A stretch of 64,000 bases of DNA from Eledone cirrhosa (Eukaryota): contig OZ024749.1 in assembly GCA_964016885.1 (NCBI GenBank), positions 9,610,001 through 9,674,000 on the forward strand, written 5' to 3'. The translations under genes were made by a program, and so were the position numbers. The notes under the pieces were generated by a model. The model was not told where the DNA came from and did no database searches. It was given only the letters and a program-made list of their open reading frames with translations. Of the stretch, positions 1-12,742 are shown one piece after another. Positions within the stretch are counted from its first letter, which is position 1, and each line of letters begins with the position of its first letter.

Positions 1-130
1 TCATCATTGTCATCATCACTATCATCATCATCACTATCATCATCATCGTCATCATCACTATCGTCATCATCACTATCATCATCATCGTCATCATCATCAT
101 CAACAGCAGCAACAGAAACATCATCATCAA
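1..130. repeat. (ATC)n microsatellite, imperfect
   Basis: tcatcatca runs with variant triplets. Confidence 0.9.
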
Positions 131-278
131 CATTATTTCCTGCCTGCTGTCCATAAATATCATATCCAGCACCACTGCCAGTCACCACACTACACCACCT
201 TCCAATATAACAGTCTCTCTTTCTACACAGGATTTCTCATCACAAATCTTGCAAAACAAATATAATATAAATGTGTAG

Positions 279-709
<431 letters not shown>

Positions 710-765
710 ACACATTTATATTGTATTTGTTTTGCGAGATCTTTTATACAATATAAATCCATTTT

Positions 766-1820
766 ATGTGGCCGGTGCTCTGGTGCAATACGTAGCAGCA
801 AATGCCCACAATACTAGTTCATTCCATTGCACAGATGGTTCTATAGAAATAGTGGACACCTTCCGTTACCTGGGTGACAAAATCAGCAGTGGTGGAGGGT
901 GTTCTGAAAGTACAGTAGCTAGAGTCAGAACTGGATGGAAAAAGTTCAGAGAGCTTATACCACTATTGGCCGCTAAAGGGTTCTCTCTGAAAATGAAAGG
1001 CAGGCTGTATGATGCCTGCATACGAACAGCAATGTTACATGGCAGTGAGACTTGGACCTTGTGTGCAGAGGATCTATGCAGACTGGAGAGGAACGAAGCT
1101 AGCATGCTACATTGGATGTGTAATAGTAATATATGCGAACGGCAAAGCATAAATGAACTAAGTGAGAAATTAGGAATAAGAGGGATCAGATGCTGTTTGC
1201 TCAAGAGAAGACTACGTTGGTATGGTCACGTGATGCGCATGAAAGATGACAGCTGTATAAAAAAGTGCAATGCGATCAAAATAGACGGTAGCCACGGAGT
1301 AGGCAGACCCAGAAAAACCTGGGATGACTTGATAAATTCCGACCTCACACACTTACACCTCTCCAGGACAATGTCACTGGACCGAGATCTTTGGCGCTAT
1401 GCAGTAATACAGAAGACCCGCCTTGCCTAAGTACAAAGTGAAACCTACAGTCAGTAGGCACCTCTTAACCAAAATACACCCCCGTCCCACTACCCCCACC
1501 CCCACCGCCATCTACACCACCCCTTTCGATGTAAAGCTATGTTGGTACCACAACATCCAGTCCTAAATAAATGAGGTCGTGTAGGTGTCGCGACAAAAAA
1601 ACACACAGTCCACGCTGTAATGTGGCCGTGTATGTAACACGATAAAAACCTCCCACTCCACACTGTAAATGTGGTTGGTGTTAGGAAGGGCATCCAGCCA
1701 TAGAAAACCCGCCAGACAGTTACGAGCAAGACAACCAATCTTGCCTCAAGTGGAACAATTCCCGTCCAGACCCATGCTAGCATGGAAGATGGACGTTAAA
1801 CGATGATGATGATGATGATG
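766..1820 (+). mobile_element. RTE-clade LINE (family A), 5'-truncated: RT C-terminus, 3'UTR and (GAT)n tail
   Basis: Translation [11 protein letters not shown]...[11 protein letters not shown]...GRPRKTW, stop at 1430; ends ggacgttaaac(gat)n; near-identical copies at 12743-14195 and 54145-55420. Confidence 0.92.
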
Positions 1821-1871
1821 AAATGTGTAGATAGATATATATATATATGTGTGTGTGTATATCTGTGTATA

Positions 1872-2106
1872 TCTTCTTATCTTATCTTAAACGATCGACT
1901 TTCGTCAAATCGGACCGCGGTAACAATGTTTCCGTTGGTCTTTCCAATTGCTAATACCATCTATCGGTCGCAACTCCAGGTAGAAGGAGCAACGTGAAAT
2001 AAAGTGTCTTGCTCAAGGACATAACGCATCGCCTGGTCCAGGAATCGAACTCACAACCTTACGATTGCGAATCCAATTCTCTAACCACTCAGCCACACGC
2101 CTTCAC
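1872..2106 (-). mobile_element. tRNA-derived SINE (family 2 head, CORE-like centre, alternative tail ending in AGATA repeats)
   Basis: Reverse strand has A-box TGGCTGAGTGG, B-box GAGTTCGATTCC and central gtccttgagcaagacactttatttcac shared with 4235-4580, 52797-53097 and 56655-56978. Confidence 0.85.
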
Positions 2107-2190
2107 ATCTGTGTATATATATATACACACACATATATATATATCTGTGTATATATATATATATATATATATGTGTGTATATATATATAC

Positions 2191-2237
<47 letters not shown>

Positions 2238-2249
2238 AGGGTATATATA

Positions 2250-2417
2250 AGACCATGAAAAACATGGGCGGAAGTGGTGAGAGTGGACCTCAGATCGCTG
2301 AAGCTCACGGTGCAGATGCCAAAGGACCGTGGCAAGTGGAGAAATGTTGTGCTGAATAGGACCCGTCTCACCCTTGCAAGCAGGGAAAAGCGGACGTAAA
2401 ATGATGATGATGATGAT
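2250..2417 (+). mobile_element. RTE-like LINE (family B), extreme 3' end
   Basis: Reads [16 protein letters not shown]...[10 protein letters not shown]; ends cccttgcaagcagggaaaagcggacgtaaa(atg)n; second copy at 3846-3940. Confidence 0.75.
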
Positions 2418-2440
2418 ATATTTCTATATATATATATATT

Positions 2441-3240
2441 GTAGGTAACACGGTAAAAACCTCCCAGTCCACACTGTAAACGTGGTTGGTGTTAAGAAGG
2501 GCATCCAGCCATAGAAAATCCACCAGACAGTCCTATACGAGCAAGACAACCAATCTTGCCTCAAGTGGGAAAACTCCCGTCCAGACCCATGTAAGCGTGG
2601 AAGATGGACGTTAAATGATGATGATGATGATATGAAAGGCAGACTGTATGATGCCTGCATACAAACAGCTACGTTACATGGCAGTGAGACCTGGAAATTG
2701 TGTGCAGAGGACCTGCGCAGACTGGAGAGGAACGAAACATGCATGCTTTGCTGGATGTGTAATAGTAATATACGTGAACGGCAAAGCATAAATGAACTAA
2801 GTGAGAAATTAGGTATAAGAGGGATCAGATGCTGTTTACTCAAGAGAAGACTACGTTAGTATGGTCACATGATGCACATGAAAGATGACAGCTGTATAAA
2901 AAAGTGCAGGGCGATCAAAATTGACAGGAATTACGGAGTAGGCAGACCCAGAAAAACCTGGGACGATTTGATAAATTCCGACCTTACACACTTACACCTC
3001 TCTAAGACAATGTCACTGGACCTAGATCTTTGGCGCTACGCAGTAATACAGAAAACCCACCTTGCCTAAATACAAAGCGAAACCTACAGTCAGTAGGCAC
3101 CTCTTAATCAAATATACACCCCCGCTGTAATGTGGCCATGTAGGTAACACGGTAAAAATATCCCAGTCCACACTGTAAACGTGGTTGGTGTTAGGAAGGG
3201 CATCCAGCCGTAGAAAATCTGCCAGATAGTCCTATACGAG
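2441..3240 (+). mobile_element. Two adjacent RTE family A fragments (3'UTR and tail 2441-2630; degraded RT end and partial UTR 2632-3240)
   Basis: [10 protein letters not shown]...RRLR* with premature stop; sequence matches 766-1820. Confidence 0.88.
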
Positions 3241-3295
3241 CATTGTGTACATTTTATAGAATCTATGCCAGTTCCTTTATAGAATTTATGCCAGT

Positions 3296-3790
3296 AATTT
3301 ATGAGAATACTGCTGCACCAGTCTTTGGGTATGACACCGCCATATATAGCTTGATTGATGATGCGTGCAACCAGTTTAGTGCCTACGTCCCATGATGCCT
3401 TCAGCATCTCAGCAACTATCCCCGACAGTCCAGTGACCTTACCATTTTTCATTTCCTTAATTGTCTCTTGGATCCTATATTCTTCAATCTCAATAGCTGG
3501 TCCCTCTGTCAGGTCTACTGGGGGTAATTTCTCTCTCTCCCATTCGTTCTCCACATTCATCAGTCTCTTATAATGACATTTCCAGGCCTCCTTTTTTTGA
3601 TCATTCATGACACTAAATACACCGGAATCATTCCGGACACACTTATCTCCAACGCATCCTGATTTACACTGACACACTGCATTGCAATGCAGAACACCGC
3701 CCGTCTCTGATCTTCCCATCACAGAACATTGGCAAACCTCCTACTCTCAGCCTCCCTGCGTGCTAAGTACACCTGACATCTAGCTTCACA
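3296..3790 (-). mobile_element. LINE ORF2 fragment (pre-RT/RT start), probably RTE
   Basis: KKEAWKCHYKRLMNVENEW...IKEMKNGKVTGLSGIVAEMLK...IPKDW, typical of non-LTR RT domains 0-1. Confidence 0.8.
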
Positions 3791-3833
<43 letters not shown>

Positions 3834-4234
3834 GTGTGTGTGTATAGGATCGTGACAAGTGGAGGGATGCTGTGCTGAATAGGACCCGTCCCTCCCTTGC
3901 AAGCAGGGAAAAGTGGACGTAAAATGATGATGATGATGATATATATGTGTAATATATAGTAATAATAATAAATTTGAAGACTAAAATCCAAAGAGGGCTC
4001 GATAAGGATAAATATATATATCAAATATATAAGAACCGTAGAGCAAATATTTATTAAAATAACAGATTAAAGTTTAAGCAAAGAATCGTTGCTTTCACCC
4101 TTAACGGGATCTTCTGAAACTAAAAATATCAATCTGTGAACGCAGAAGTAAATATTAAATATTTCGAAAAACGTTGCAACTGAAGGAAGACAGGAAGACG
4201 ATACTTTGTGCCTTGTTTTACCATTAACCTGCAT

Positions 4235-4580
4235 ATATCATCATCATCATTATCATTTTACGTCCGCTTTTCCCTGCTGCTTGCAAGGGTGGGACAGGAA
4301 CTGATTCTGGCTTGATTTCTACAGCTGGATGCCCTTCCTAACACCAACCTCATTTACAGTGAGTGCTGGGTGCTTTTTTGCCTTGGCACTTCCACGACAA
4401 CTTTGCAGTGGAATGATAGGGACCCCAGTCCCTATCATCTCATTTCTACAGCTGAGTAAACTGGAGCAATGTGAAATAAAGTGTCTTGCTCAAGGAAACA
4501 ACACATCACCCGGTCTGAGAATTGAACTCACAACCTTTCGATTGCAAGGCCAATGCTCTAACTAATATGCCATGTGCCTA
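4235..4580 (-). mobile_element. SINE family 2 with RTE-derived 3' tail
   Basis: B-box GAGTTCAATTC, CORE-like ccttgagcaagacac, tail ggtgttaggaagggcatccagc...cttgcaagcagggaaaagcggacgtaaa(atg)n on - strand. Confidence 0.85.
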
Positions 4581-5646
4581 TCTATCTATATCTATCTATA
4601 TCTATCTATATATATATATATATATATACAATACATAAACAGAGAAAGCCTTAAGCGATACTCCGCCAACTCCATCTCACTCAACAAACATTAGGATATA
4701 CTTAAGTATTATCCCAATTTAGTGACACACACACACACATCAGTCAATTATATCGTCTAACCATTGTAGCAAAGTTATATCTCTTTATTTTCAAACAAGC
4801 AATATCTTTCATACCTCCTAGTAACTTGCACTGAATCTGTCTCTTTAGACTTAATATTTTTTCATCTAACAGTCCATATTTAACTCATTCTGTTTTCACT
4901 CCACATATTTCAATGTCATATAGACATAAGAGGTCTGAGAAGGAGGGAAGAGATATACTTTGAACATTTGTCAAATGTTACAGTTCACTTATAGAAATAT
5001 ACTTATCTTCACTGTTGTAGCTATTTTGGGTGGAAAATTTACCTCTATTATAAGACAGTTCCAGATAAGTTATAATAAATACCAACATTACAAAGATACA
5101 TCCAATACTTGTGAAATTTCGCATATATCCTTTCAGCAGACACTCAATTGCAATTGTTTTCAACATATTTCTAAAATGACTGATTATTATCATTATTATT
5201 ATTATATTATTATTATTAGTTTTGTTAATTTTCATCAGATAAAATGCCCAATATAAAATGTTTGTTTCTTAACAAATTTCTTCCAAATCTTCAAACATTT
5301 TTTCCTTTCCTTTTGCTCTTTTTATATTATTATTTTATTAACATCCTCACCATCATCATTTTCATCATTATCATCATCATCATTGGCATCATCATCATTT
5401 TCATCATTATCATCATCATCATCATCATCAAGCTTTGCCTTTCATCCTTACGGGGTCTTTAAATTAAAGTACCAGTAATGCACTGGGGTAATTGCTGGCC
5501 TTGTACCAAAAGTAGAAACATTAACGCAGAAATGCCCATTTGTACCGTCCTGTATTGTCCTGTATTGTCCTATATTGTCCTGTATTGTCCTGTATTGTCC
5601 TTAATGTCTTACTTTGTGTAAACCCTTGTGGTTAATAAAGAAAGCA

Positions 5647-7415
5647 TTATTATTATTATTGTTTTTTGAGTCTCAGTCATTGATGTTAGTTAACTGGAAA
5701 GTTTGTTGAAATGAATATCAAGCCACTACCTGCAACCTCAGATATTCAGGACGTATCGGAGGGTTCTTGCTGTTCCCAGCAAGCATGCCATTTGAAGCGT
5801 TCCAAAAAGCGGGGCGGGACCAATTTTCTTTAACCATCCCTGGAAACTTTTTGAGATAGTACCTAGTGCGCCTATGACAATCGGGACCACTTTGACTTCA
5901 TGGCGGTTCCAAATCCTTTTTACCTCCCACTTTAAGTCATGGTATCAGTTAATTTTCTCCCTCTCCTTCTCTTGCACTCTCGTGTCGAATGGGCAGGCCA
6001 CATCCACAATCAGGCACAATCTTTTTTCCTTGTCCAAAACCACCAGGTCAGGTCTATTGTGTTCCAGTTTCTTGTCCGTCTGTATCCTAAAATCCCACAG
6101 CACCTTCACCTGATCGTTTTCTATCACCGACTCTGGCTTATGCTCATACCACTTCTCAGAATGTGGTAAATTGTTTACTTTGCATAGGTGCCAGTGGATC
6201 ACCCTGCACATCACATCATGTCTCCAGCCTTTATAGTGAGTCTGGGCTAGGTGTTTACACTCGGATACAATGTGAGCCACAGTCTCCTCTCTCTCTCCAC
6301 AGATCCTGCACAGTGGGCTAGCCTCCTCCTTGTAAATATGGTGTTTCAGCCACTTCGTTTTGAGGGCCTGCTCTTGCGCAACCATTAGCATTCCTTCTGT
6401 AGCCTTTTTAAGGTCTCCTCTTTTCAACCAGTTCCATGTCTGTGGATCTCTGAATTCAGTTTTCTCAAAGAAGGTACTATGAAGGGATTTTTCATGAAGG
6501 CTGCTCTTTCTCCTTGTTGTTATTTCCTCCTTGGACATCCTCTGGTCTATTGTCCTCTCCTTCAGTACAATTCTGAGCATTGGCTCCTTATTATCAGTCA
6601 CGTATTTGTGTAGGTTGTTTTTCTCCATCTGAACACAGTCCTCTATGCTGATAAGACCTCTTCCACCTTCAGATCTCCTTAAGTAGAGTCTATCGACATC
6701 ACTCCTCTTGTGGAACATGTTGTAGATAGTCAATAGCTTCCTAGTCTTCCTATCCATTTCTTTTTTTGTTCAGCAACATTCCATCTCAGAATTCCCGCAC
6801 TGTACCTAATAATAGACACAGCTCGGGAATTTACTGCACTTATGGCATTCCTACTGTTCAGATGTGACTTTAATACGCTCCTTACTCTCCGAATGTATTC
6901 AGATCTTATCAATTCCTTCATTTTTTTGTTCTTGATGTCATCAGCCTCCAGAACACCCAAATACTTGTATCCTTCTTCAGTGTCAATTTCTTTATCATCT
7001 CACCTGTGGGTACCTGGATTCCGTTGCGTCTGCTCAATTTACCCCTCTTCATCACAAGGACTCCACACTTACTAATACCAAATTGCATACATATATCATT
7101 GCTGAAAATACGGACAGTGTCAACAAGCACATCCAACTCCTTCTCACTCTTCCCGAAGAGCTTAAGATCGTCCATGAAGAGGAGGTGATTGATGGTAAGC
7201 TCTCCCTTTCCTAACTTGTATCCTGCTCTCACTTTTCGCAGTATAATGGTCAGGGGCATCAGGGCAAGGACAAACAACAGAGGGGACAGACTATCTCCCT
7301 GGAAGATACCTCTCTTGATCTTCATGCCTCCCAAGGATTCTCCAGCTGATGTTAACTCTATTTTCCAGGACTTCATACTTTTGCTCAACAACTCTCTGAT
7401 GTTATCTGCCACCTT
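5647..7415 (-). mobile_element. R4/Dong-like restriction-endonuclease LINE, 5'-truncated and frameshifted
   Basis: GIFQGDSLSPLLF and HLLFMDDLKL (RT); CRICGEREETVAHIVSEC zinc knuckle; RHD; RPDLVV..IVDVACP (RLE); LLGTARTLRYVLNI* end at 5738; (TAA)n/(TTA)n on both flanks. Confidence 0.88.
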
Positions 7416-7434
7416 GATTATTATTATTATTTGG

Positions 7435-7612
7435 GGAATTGGCAGTATTGGTAGAGGGTTGGACGCCATGCTTTCTAGCATAGTTACATCCCTTTACAGT
7501 CTGAGTTCAAATCCTGCCGAGGTTAACTTTGCCTTTCATCCTTACGGGGTCGATAAAATAAAGTACCAGTAATGTACTGGGTCATTGCTGGCCTTGTACC
7601 AAATGTAGAAAT
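7435..7612 (+). mobile_element. tRNA-type SINE family 1
   Basis: TGGCAGTATTGG A-box, GAGTTCAAATCC B-box, gcctttcatccttacggggtcgataaaataaagtaccag body; more than 15 copies in the window. Confidence 0.9.
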
Positions 7613-7672
7613 AATTATTATTATTATTGTTTATTATGTTTATCATTATTATTTTACCAATTCTACTTTTAG

Positions 7673-7736
7673 AAAAGAACTGGAGAAACAGTTATCAGAT
7701 ATTGCTCAGAAACTGAGAAATGCCAAAGTATTCTAT
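7673..7736 (+). CDS. Candidate internal exon of unknown host gene (xKELEKQLSDIAQKLRNAKVFY, coiled-coil-like)
   Basis: ttctacttttag acceptor, gtgagt donor, 64 nt open frame, phase 2 to phase 0, non-repetitive. Confidence 0.55.
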
Positions 7737-7999
7737 GTGAGTATTCAGAGAAATATTGATTTTTGTCTTGAAGTATATGGGCAGTGTTGTTGCTGTTGTT
7801 GTTGTTGTTGTTGTAAAGGAAGAGCTAGAGCTGATAGAATGGAACCAATATCTGTTATTTACTTTATCAAAGTGATGTTATTTACTTTATCAATCCTACA
7901 GGAGTGAAAGGGAAATTGAACTGTAATAGGATTTCAGTGGAGAACAGCAAAAGGACTAAAACTATTTTACTGTGCTGCAGATACATTTAGTTTGGCACC

Positions 8000-9570
8000 C
8001 TACCTTCAGTGACATCCCTACTACCACTACCACCACCACTCTACCTTCAGTGACATCCCTACTACCACTACCACCACCACTCTACCTTCAGTGACATCCC
8101 TACTACCACTACCATCACTACCACCAATACCACTACTACCACTACTACCACCACTACCACTACTACCACCACTACCACCACCACCCTACCTTCAGAGACA
8201 TCACTACTACCACTACCACCACAACCACCACCACCAGCACCCTACCTTCAGCAGAGACATCACTTCTACCACCACCACCCTACCTTCAGAGAGATCACTA
8301 CTACCACTACCACCACTACTACCACGACTACCACCACCACCACCAAAACTATCACCACCACCACAGCTTCACTGACATCACTACCACCACTACCGCCACC
8401 ACTACCACTACTACCACCACTACCACCACCACTACCACCACCACCTTACCTTCAGAGACATCACTACTACCACTACCACAACTACCACCACTACACCAGC
8501 ACTACCACTACTACCACCACTACTACCACCACTACCACCACCACCCTACCTTCACAGGCATCACTACTACTACCACCACTACCACCACCACCCTACCTTC
8601 ACAGACATCACTACTACTACTACTACTACCACCACTACTACCACCACCCTACCTTCACAGATATCACTACTACTACCACCACTACTACTATCACCACCAC
8701 CCTACTTTCACAGACATCACTACTACCACTACTACTACCACCACTACCACCACCACTACCACCACTACTACCACCACCCTACCTTCACAGACATCACTGC
8801 TACCACCACCACTACTACTACCACCACCACCCTACCTTCACAGCCATCACTACTATCACCTCAATCACAACCATCACTATCATTACCACCACCACCATGA
8901 TGTGCTCTATGTCCCCCTCCCCACGCCATTACCATCATCATCATCACCCTACTTTCGCATCTATCACCATCACCACTACAATTTCCACTACTGTCACCAC
9001 TATCACCACTACCCCTGCCACTTCCACCACCACCATTACCATCACCGTCTACACCACTTTACTTTCACATCCATCGCCATCACCACTCCCACCCCTGTCA
9101 CCACCATCCCCACCACTACCACTCCCACAACTGTCACTACCATCACCAGTACCTCCACTACTACCACCACCATCACAACTACCACCACCACCACAACTAC
9201 CACCACCACCATCACCACCACTACCCCACCACCATTACCATTACCACCACCATTACCACCACCATTACCACCACTACCCCACCACCACCATCACCACACC
9301 ATTACCACCACTACCCCACCATCACCACACCATTACCATCAATACCCCACCACCACCATCACCACACCATTACCATCACTACCACCACTAACCCCACCAT
9401 TACCATCACTACCATTACCATCACCACAACTACCCCACCACCATCACCACCACTACCACTCCCACCACTGTCACTACCATCACCAGTACCTCCACTACTA
9501 CCACCATCACCACATCTACCACTACCACCATCACCATCACTACCCCCACCATTACCACCACTACAACTAC
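8000..9570. repeat. (CCA/CTA/TCA)n low-complexity tract with recurring ccctaccttcacagacatca spacer
   Basis: Triplet runs punctuated about 12 times by ctaccttca(c/g)(a/t)gacatc in 8000-8850. Confidence 0.9.
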
Positions 9571-9699
9571 CAATATTCAAAGCTGATCTGAAATTAATCA
9601 ACAACAAAACCAGAGGGCCCAACATTTAATGTACCACTGATTACAAAAATGCCAGGAATCTAGTCAGTTCTTCTTTGCCCACTTATTTTGGGCCCAGAG

Positions 9700-9890
9700 T
9701 CCTCAAACATTCCTTCTACTGGGTCCTGTCTGAAGCAACCGTCTGCAATTGATCCAATTGGATCCCTAAACATGACCAGCCAAGTTCATAGATGTTATCC
9801 AACCATCTTGCACGGGGTCTACCCCTGCATCTCTTTCCAGTTGGCTTTGCCTGTAAAATCTGTCCAGCGATTCTTTCTTGAGATGTTCTA
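9700..9890 (-). mobile_element. Degraded RTE-like RT C-terminal relic
   Basis: Reverse translation KPTGKRCRGRPRARWLDNI...VASDR. Confidence 0.65.
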
Positions 9891-10175
9891 ACTACATGTA
9901 GTTAGTTAACATAAAAAATAATTTGGAAAATTTAATATCACATTTTAGTTGAGTCATTTGAGCATGGGGTTAAAACCTTCGGTATTTGTACCAGCTGTTT
10001 GCATTGTAAGTTCAAATCCTGTCAGGGCCACCTTGGCCTATCATCTTTTCAGGGACCATAAATAAAATCCCTGTTCAGGGATAGTGGATTGATGGAATTC
10101 TTAAAGAGTTAGACGGGATGTTTTGTGATATCTGATCTGGTCTGGCTCTGTTTGTTCTGAGTTCAAATTCAGCCT

Positions 10176-10750
10176 CCTTCTGGCAGGAGTTGAGACTGAC
10201 AGATAGTATCACCAATGGAAATAGTTTCCTTGATTTGATCTGATGATTGGTTCATTCCTTCTGGCAGGAGTTGAGACTGACAGATAGTATCACCAATGGA
10301 AACACAGTATCCTTGGTTTGATCTGATGATTGGTTCCTTCTGGCAGGAGTTGAGACTGACAGATAGTATCACCAATGGAAACACAGTTTCCTTGATTTGA
10401 TCTGATGATTGGTTCCTTCTGGCAGGAGTTGAGACTGGGTGATAGTATCACCAATGGAAACAGTTTCCTTGGTTTGATCTGATGTTTGTTTCCTTCCTTC
10501 TGGCAGGAGTTGAGACTGGGTGATAGTATCACCAATGGAAAAACCAATAAATATAGTTTCCATTGTTTTGATGATCGACTCCTTTTCTGGCAGGATAGTG
10601 TTGTCAATTGAAAGACCAATGAAAATATAGTTTACTTGGTCTGATATGTTGATCAGCTCCTTTCTTTTGCAAGGAATTGTGATCAGCAGATAGTACCACT
10701 AATGGAAAGACCAATAGAAGCATAGTTTCTTTGGTCTAATCGTATGATTA
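10176..10750 (+). repeat. ~80-bp tandem repeat (about 5 good and 2 degenerate units) derived from a SINE tail
   Basis: ccttctggcaggagttgagactg at 10176, 10257, 10336, 10415, 10496; similar to the reverse complement of 1905-1990. Confidence 0.8.
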
Positions 10751-10819
10751 GCTCTTTTTCTTATATTCATTTCTAATTTAGGCACAAGCCCAGCAAATTT
10801 GGGGGAAGGGTAAAGTTGA

Positions 10820-11049
10820 TTAACCCTTTAAACATTTAAACCAGCCATATCTGGCCAGAATTCTCTCACCTGTTTCTGTTCAAAGTGGCTGTAACCAGTT
10901 GCTCATACTTATGTTAAGGTATTGTTCTCAAAATAAATAATAACAAAATCTTGTAGATTCAATATTATGTGGATTAATCATGTGAGATAAAATGTTTACC
11001 GTGAAAATACAGTAGTAAATATAGAGTAATGTAAATACTAAATGGTTAA
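10820..11049. mobile_element. piggyBac-like MITE nested in a - strand family 1 SINE (~10775-11190)
   Basis: TTAA at both ends, ccctt termini; homologous in reverse to 27369-27597. Confidence 0.7.
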
Positions 11050-11214
11050 ATCAACCTTAGTACTTGACTGGTTCTTTATGTAATTGACCACGGAAGAATG
11101 AAAAGCAAAGTTGACCACAGCAAGATTTGAGCTCAGAATGTAAAGAGCCAGAACTGCTATGGTATTTCATTCAATGCTCTACCAATTCCACCAATCTCTG
11201 ATTAGGTTTAATGA

Positions 11215-11440
11215 TACACAGATTAAATTGCTGAAATACCAAGATCTGTCGGTTAACTACCTTTTCCAGCTTGTCGCGATCGAGACGTTTAGGGGAATTG
11301 GACCACTAACTGAAGGGTTCTTGTCTTCACAGCTAGTCTAACCGAGGTAACTGGTGATGCTCATGAAGGTGCTTGGCTGTTCCAGTGTATCAGCCTCGCC
11401 ATCACCCAAGGTAACACTAGAGGTATACTGGATTGCCTCA
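11215..11440 (+). mobile_element. CRE-clade-like LINE C-terminal relic
   Basis: KYQDLSVNYLFQLVAIETFRGIG...LFQCISLAITQGN resembles the CRE RLE end (KY..F.P.A.ET.G..FQR.S.A.Q.GN); second copy at 20170-20360 (-). Confidence 0.65.
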
Positions 11441-11532
11441 AAAATTATTGGAGAGGTTTTCCAGTGCTCCTCATAATATCGTTATCTTTTGTTCTGGCAG
11501 TGGTTTGTCCACCCCTTTAACCTGCCTTTTAA

Positions 11533-12150
11533 ATAATGAAATTATTGTGTAAAGTGCTCAGGTGCACTACAACTCGTCAAAGGTGCATGTATAGTACATA
11601 GAATAATATACAAATGTCAGGGAAGTGTATGTGTATGGAGGGGAAATATTAGGTGTAGTGTTGGCGAATCTCAGGAAGCATGGAGGTTTTAAAGGATGCA
11701 GTGTCTCGACAGCTAATAACTGATGCAAGTAGTTTGTTCCATGCTTCAGCAACTCTGAGCATGAAAAAATGTTTCCGAAAGTCATGGGAACTATGCTGTT
11801 TTCTGACTTTGTGGGCATGCCCATGTGTGTTAGACACATGGAAATCAAAAAGGTACTCAGTGTTGTTGTTGGCAAGATGGTTAATAATTTTGTGGGTGTT
11901 TACAAATCAGTTGCCAGACGTCGGAGCTTCAATGTATCCATGCCCAGAGAAGCAAGGTGTTCAGAGTATGGTAGATGCCTGATGGAGGGTATTCGCTTGG
12001 TTGCACATCTCTGAATAGTTTCCAGGTGGTCAATGTTCTGAGCAAGATAGGGGTTCCAGACTGGTGATGCAAATTCTAAGTGTGGTCGCACCATAGCTAT
12101 GTACAGCTTTAAATAAATAGCTGGAGAGCGGCTGACAAAGGTCTTGCTGA
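11533..12150 (-). mobile_element. CR1/L2-clade LINE 3' fragment
   Basis: VRPHLEFASPVWNPY...IQRCATK; THGH..K..HDFRKHFF.LRVAEAWNKL; 3'UTR shared with 26895-27075 and 27870-28110. Confidence 0.88.
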
Positions 12151-12742
12151 GTGTTGTATGAGGTCCAAGATGAGTGTATTGTCTGCTTTGGGGATTTTTT
12201 TTCCTTTCCCTTTTCTTTCTTTTTACTCTTTTTATTTGTAATATTACGATGTCAGTTATGTATTCACAAAATGATGAGGAAAAACATAAACAAAGAACAT
12301 TGGACTAAGCTAGAATTGAACTTGACACTTCAGTAGCGTAATACAGATTTATAGACATCATATAGATTAAATGAAAGAGATAATGTTTTGGGGAAATCTA
12401 GCGTAAGATCTACCAGCCATTGAATTTAAGGGGTTTTAATGGAATATTAGTTGGAATCAGTTTACAGTGATTTGTTCAATTGAATTTGAAATATGTTGCA
12501 TTATAGTTTTAACATCAATTATTTACATTTAAAATTGAATAGGGAGTGTAGATTTAAATCTGTGTGTGAGTGAGTGCATGCATGTAAATATGTATGTATA
12601 CATAAATATATATATGATATATATATATATATATATATCATATATATATATCGTATATATGTACATATGTACATATATATATATCATGTATATATATATA
12701 TATATCATATATATATATATATATCATATATATATATATCAT

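Noticed and set aside
2030-2102. tRNA gene
   Set aside because: A and B boxes continue into a SINE body and tail; no convincing acceptor stem.
4960-5256. Non-repetitive ORFs on both strands as exons
   Set aside because: No convincing acceptor/donor pair or recognisable protein.
8091-9625. Pro/Thr/His-rich mucin- or extensin-like ORFs (also 34562-36046, 45709-46116, 58424-58888)
   Set aside because: Simple-repeat tracts open in several frames, with no exon boundaries.
10318-10400. Hammerhead in the 80-bp satellite units (CTGATGA-ttggt...accaa-tg-GAAA-cacag-TT)
   Set aside because: Stem I cannot form in register and there are extra bases before GAAA; a near miss only.
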